Source: Candidatus Latescibacterota bacterium (GTDB taxonomy: Bacteria > Latescibacterota > UBA2968 > GCA-2709665). From it: DNA of 64,000 nt. The notes under the pieces were generated by a model. It saw only the letters and a program-made list of their open reading frames with translations. It was not told where the DNA came from and did no database searches. The DNA lies in contig CAXXXF010000015.1 of the NCBI GenBank assembly GCA_963667175.2, positions 544,001-608,000 on the forward strand, given 5' to 3'. Numbering within the stretch: position 1 is the first letter of the stretch; every line of letters begins with the position of its first letter. Of this stretch, positions 61,726-64,000 are shown piece by piece. A program made the translations under genes and the position numbers.

Positions 61726-63042
61726 ATGAGCAAGGTATCATCGAAGTCTCGTGAAGTCAAGTTGAACACGGAAGGTGTTGTGAGTTCCAGGGCGGTCTCC
61801 GCAGGTATGCTGGAGGATGTTGACGTCCGTGTGGCCTTGATCCAGTCGCTGATCCCTCTGGGTCTGGCCGCCGTGGAAGAAATCTTGCAGAATGAGGTCG
61901 CCGCGTTGACGGGCAAGAGATACAGTCGTAAAGCAGACAAGGCCCCGAATCGCCGGTGGGGCGTGCAACGTGGATCGGTGTATCTATCGGACCAGAAAGT
62001 GCCCGTGGCGGTACCGAGGGTGCGCGACGTGGAAGCCAATGAGGAGGTGCCTCTACAGGCGTATCGCCGCTTGCAGCGCCCCAGAGACATGGACGAAGGG
62101 TTGCTGCTTCGCGTTCTGGGCGGCCTTGCCACGCGTTCTTACGCCAGTTGCGCAGAGGCGGTACCCGAGGCGTTTGGCTTGTCTTCGTCGACGGTCTCGA
62201 AGCGGTTCATAAAGACATCAGCGGCCAAGCTGAGGCAGTTTCAAGAACGGTCGCTTGCCGGCTATGACCTGGTGGGGCTGTTTATGGATGGCAAGACCTT
62301 TGCCGATCAGCAAATGATCATCGCCCTTGGCGTGACAATCGACGGGGACAAGGTCCCGCTGGGGTTCGTGCAGGCCGCCAGTGAAAATGAGCGCGTGTGC
62401 CGGCAGTTTGTCAATTCGCTCATCGATCGCGGACTGCAGTATCACCAGGGGCTGCTGTGCCTCATCGACGGCTCGAAGGGGTTGCGGACCGCGCTGACCA
62501 AGGCCCTATCCGGATACGTCGCCATTCAACGCTGCCAGCCTGCCTGCCGAGCATCCGGCGCAGGCAGGTGGCACAAACGGGAAAACGTGATCGCCTATCT
62601 GCCCAAATCACAGCAGGATGAGGTCAGAAAGGCCCTCCACGATGCGTACGACAAGGAGACCTACAACGAAGCCAAAGCCGCGCTACAGGCCCTCAAACCC
62701 TCCCTGGCGCTGAGGAACGCATCGGCACTGAACAGCCTCGAGGAAGGGCTCGAAGAAACCCTCACCCTCCATCGGCTGGGGCTCATGCCACAGCTCAAAC
62801 AATCGTTCCGCACCACCAACTGTATCGAATCCCTCAACGCCATGGTCGCTCAGCGCACACGAAATGTAAAACGATGGAACAACTCCGATCAGCGATATCG
62901 GTGGTTGGCAGCCGCGCTGTTAGACATCGAGCCACGACTGCGGAGAATCAAAGGATACCGCTTTCTTCCTATACTCAGACTTGCCCTACAAAAACACCTC
63001 AACCTCGATCACGACGCGCAAGAGGCTTTCGCCGCCGACTAA
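61726..63042 (+). CDS. IS256/Mutator-family DDE transposase with a 10-aa in-frame insertion
   Basis: Motifs VPRVRD, FMDG, LIDGSKGL, QRCQ[PACRASGAGR]WHKREN, RTTNCIESLN. Confidence 0.92.
   Translation: MSKVSSKSREVKLNTEGVVSSRAVSAGMLEDVDVRVALIQSLIPLGLAAVEEILQNEVAALTGKRYSRKADKAPNRRWGVQRGSVYLSDQKVPVAVPRVRDVEANEEVPLQAYRRLQRPRDMDEGLLLRVLGGLATRSYASCAEAVPEAFGLSSSTVSKRFIKTSAAKLRQFQERSLAGYDLVGLFMDGKTFADQQMIIALGVTIDGDKVPLGFVQAASENERVCRQFVNSLIDRGLQYHQGLLCLIDGSKGLRTALTKALSGYVAIQRCQPACRASGAGRWHKRENVIAYLPKSQQDEVRKALHDAYDKETYNEAKAALQALKPSLALRNASALNSLEEGLEETLTLHRLGLMPQLKQSFRTTNCIESLNAMVAQRTRNVKRWNNSDQRYRWLAAALLDIEPRLRRIKGYRFLPILRLALQKHLNLDHDAQEAFAAD
62539..62568. mobile_element. 30-bp palindromic mini-insertion inside the transposase gene
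   Basis: CCTGCCTGCCGAGCATCCGGCGCAGGCAGG; removing it restores QRCQWHK. Confidence 0.85.
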
Positions 63043-63986
63043 ACGCCTCTCCCGTTTCAACTAAAAATAGTACTTGCCCTTCCCTATGTGTCTCTCGGTG
63101 AAATCAGGTAACTTCGTTTCTAACTCGTCAGCTGCACGGGCGTCTTGCAAGAGCAGATAGGTATAATAATCGTGGGCAATCCATGCCTTACTCTTAATGG
63201 GCGATGCCAGAAAATCGAACGTCATATGGGTGTTGTGGGTGTGATCCTCCAAAATACCGGTTATCTTATACGCTTCACCCTCCATGGTAAGCGTCTGCCC
63301 TATCGGATCCCGGTCGCCGAAATATTTCCACGCCATCTCTTGTGTGAGAACAATGGAATAAGGCTCCAGCAGTGCAGTTTGAGGTTCTCCTTTGCCCAGT
63401 GGAAAATCAAAGACGTGGAAAACATTCGCGTCGGTAAACAAGACATTACTTTCGTAGAAATGATCCTGCTGGTTTCGAACAAGCGTCTTTTCATCGTCTT
63501 TCGAAAAACGGACTGCATCTATCACCTCCGCATAGTCTTCGACAAGTGCAGGTCCCGTTGAAAATGGCGTCATGGCAATATGACGCATGACCCCTGCGAC
63601 TTTTGCGGTAGTAGCAAGCCGATAAATGCGGTGTGCGTTTTCATGGTGTCTGTCATAGCTCAGTTCATCCTGAACGTAGAGGAGAATGAGCATGCAGCAG
63701 GCCATGCCGATTGCAAGGCCAAGAATATTGATGGCCGAAAACGTCTTGTTCCTCATCAGGTTGCGAATGGCGACTTTCAGATAGTTCGCGACCACGTAGG
63801 GTCACCTCCTGTGTCTTCTCTGGCGCGGCTTCGCTCGGAATGAATGGGCCTTCGCCCAAACCGGCATGTTGAGAAATCCAATGCGAGGGTGGGGCCTGCC
63901 TGCGCGAAGCGGAGCGCCTGCCTGCCGCGGCAAGCGAAGCGGCGCAGGCAGGCGGCAGGCAGGCAGACATTCCTGTCTGCCCTTTA

Positions 63987-64000
63987 TCACTCATACCGCA
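63987..64000 (-). CDS. 3' end of an eighth MacB/FtsX-like permease (continues beyond the window)
   Basis: Reverse complement encodes ...RYE-stop in the same context (CTGTCTGCCCTTTATCACTCATACCGCA) as copy 5. Confidence 0.65.

Larger units (their letters stand above)
61625..63079 (+). mobile_element. IS256-family insertion sequence, 1455 bp, with a 9-bp target duplication
   Basis: Imperfect IRs GGGAATGTACCTATCTTAGTTGAAATAGAAGAGGC and (rc) GGGCAAGTACTATTTTTAGTTGAAACGGGAGAGGC; TTCCCTATG at 61616-61624 and 63080-63088. Confidence 0.93.
59953..63795 (-). pseudogene. MacB/FtsX-like ABC permease, copy 7, split by an IS256-family element
   Basis: Removing 61625-63088 restores ...ERHIGK-RAKAAGLHIKYFLQPLADIHL... 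in frame. Confidence 0.92.

Overview
A GC-rich bacterial window. The style (dockerin/EF-hand and FlgD-like C-terminal tails, PhyH and Gfo/Idh/MocA paralogues, heparinase) suggests a Latescibacterota/Poribacteria-like organism, which is inference only. Left to right it contains: (1) a corrinoid uptake/salvage cluster (BtuB-like receptor, dockerin-tailed beta-propeller, cbiZ, cbiB, BtuD/BtuC-like ABC parts), interrupted by a secreted double-Cache protein and a decayed hicA; (2) a lower-GC mini defence island (toxin/XRE pair, IS21 remnant, mcrBC); (3) an SDR + divergent QueA paralogue + GAF kinase + NarL regulator operon, with an ORF-less group II intron just upstream; (4) a sugar/acid catabolism region; (5) a tandem array of at least 8 MacB/FtsX-like ABC permease genes with one ATPase, one MFP and an ECF sigma, carrying three sigma54 promoter/enhancer modules, with one permease frameshifted and one split by an IS256-family element. 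The most striking unexplained signal is a family of tiny palindromic insertions (CCTGCCTGC...GCAGGCAGG) of 27, 30, 33 or 36 bp, all multiples of 3. They insert without target duplication into other repeats, nest inside one another, and sit in frame inside the conserved CxxH motif of the IS256 transposase. All calls come from reading the sequence by eye; no database searches were run.
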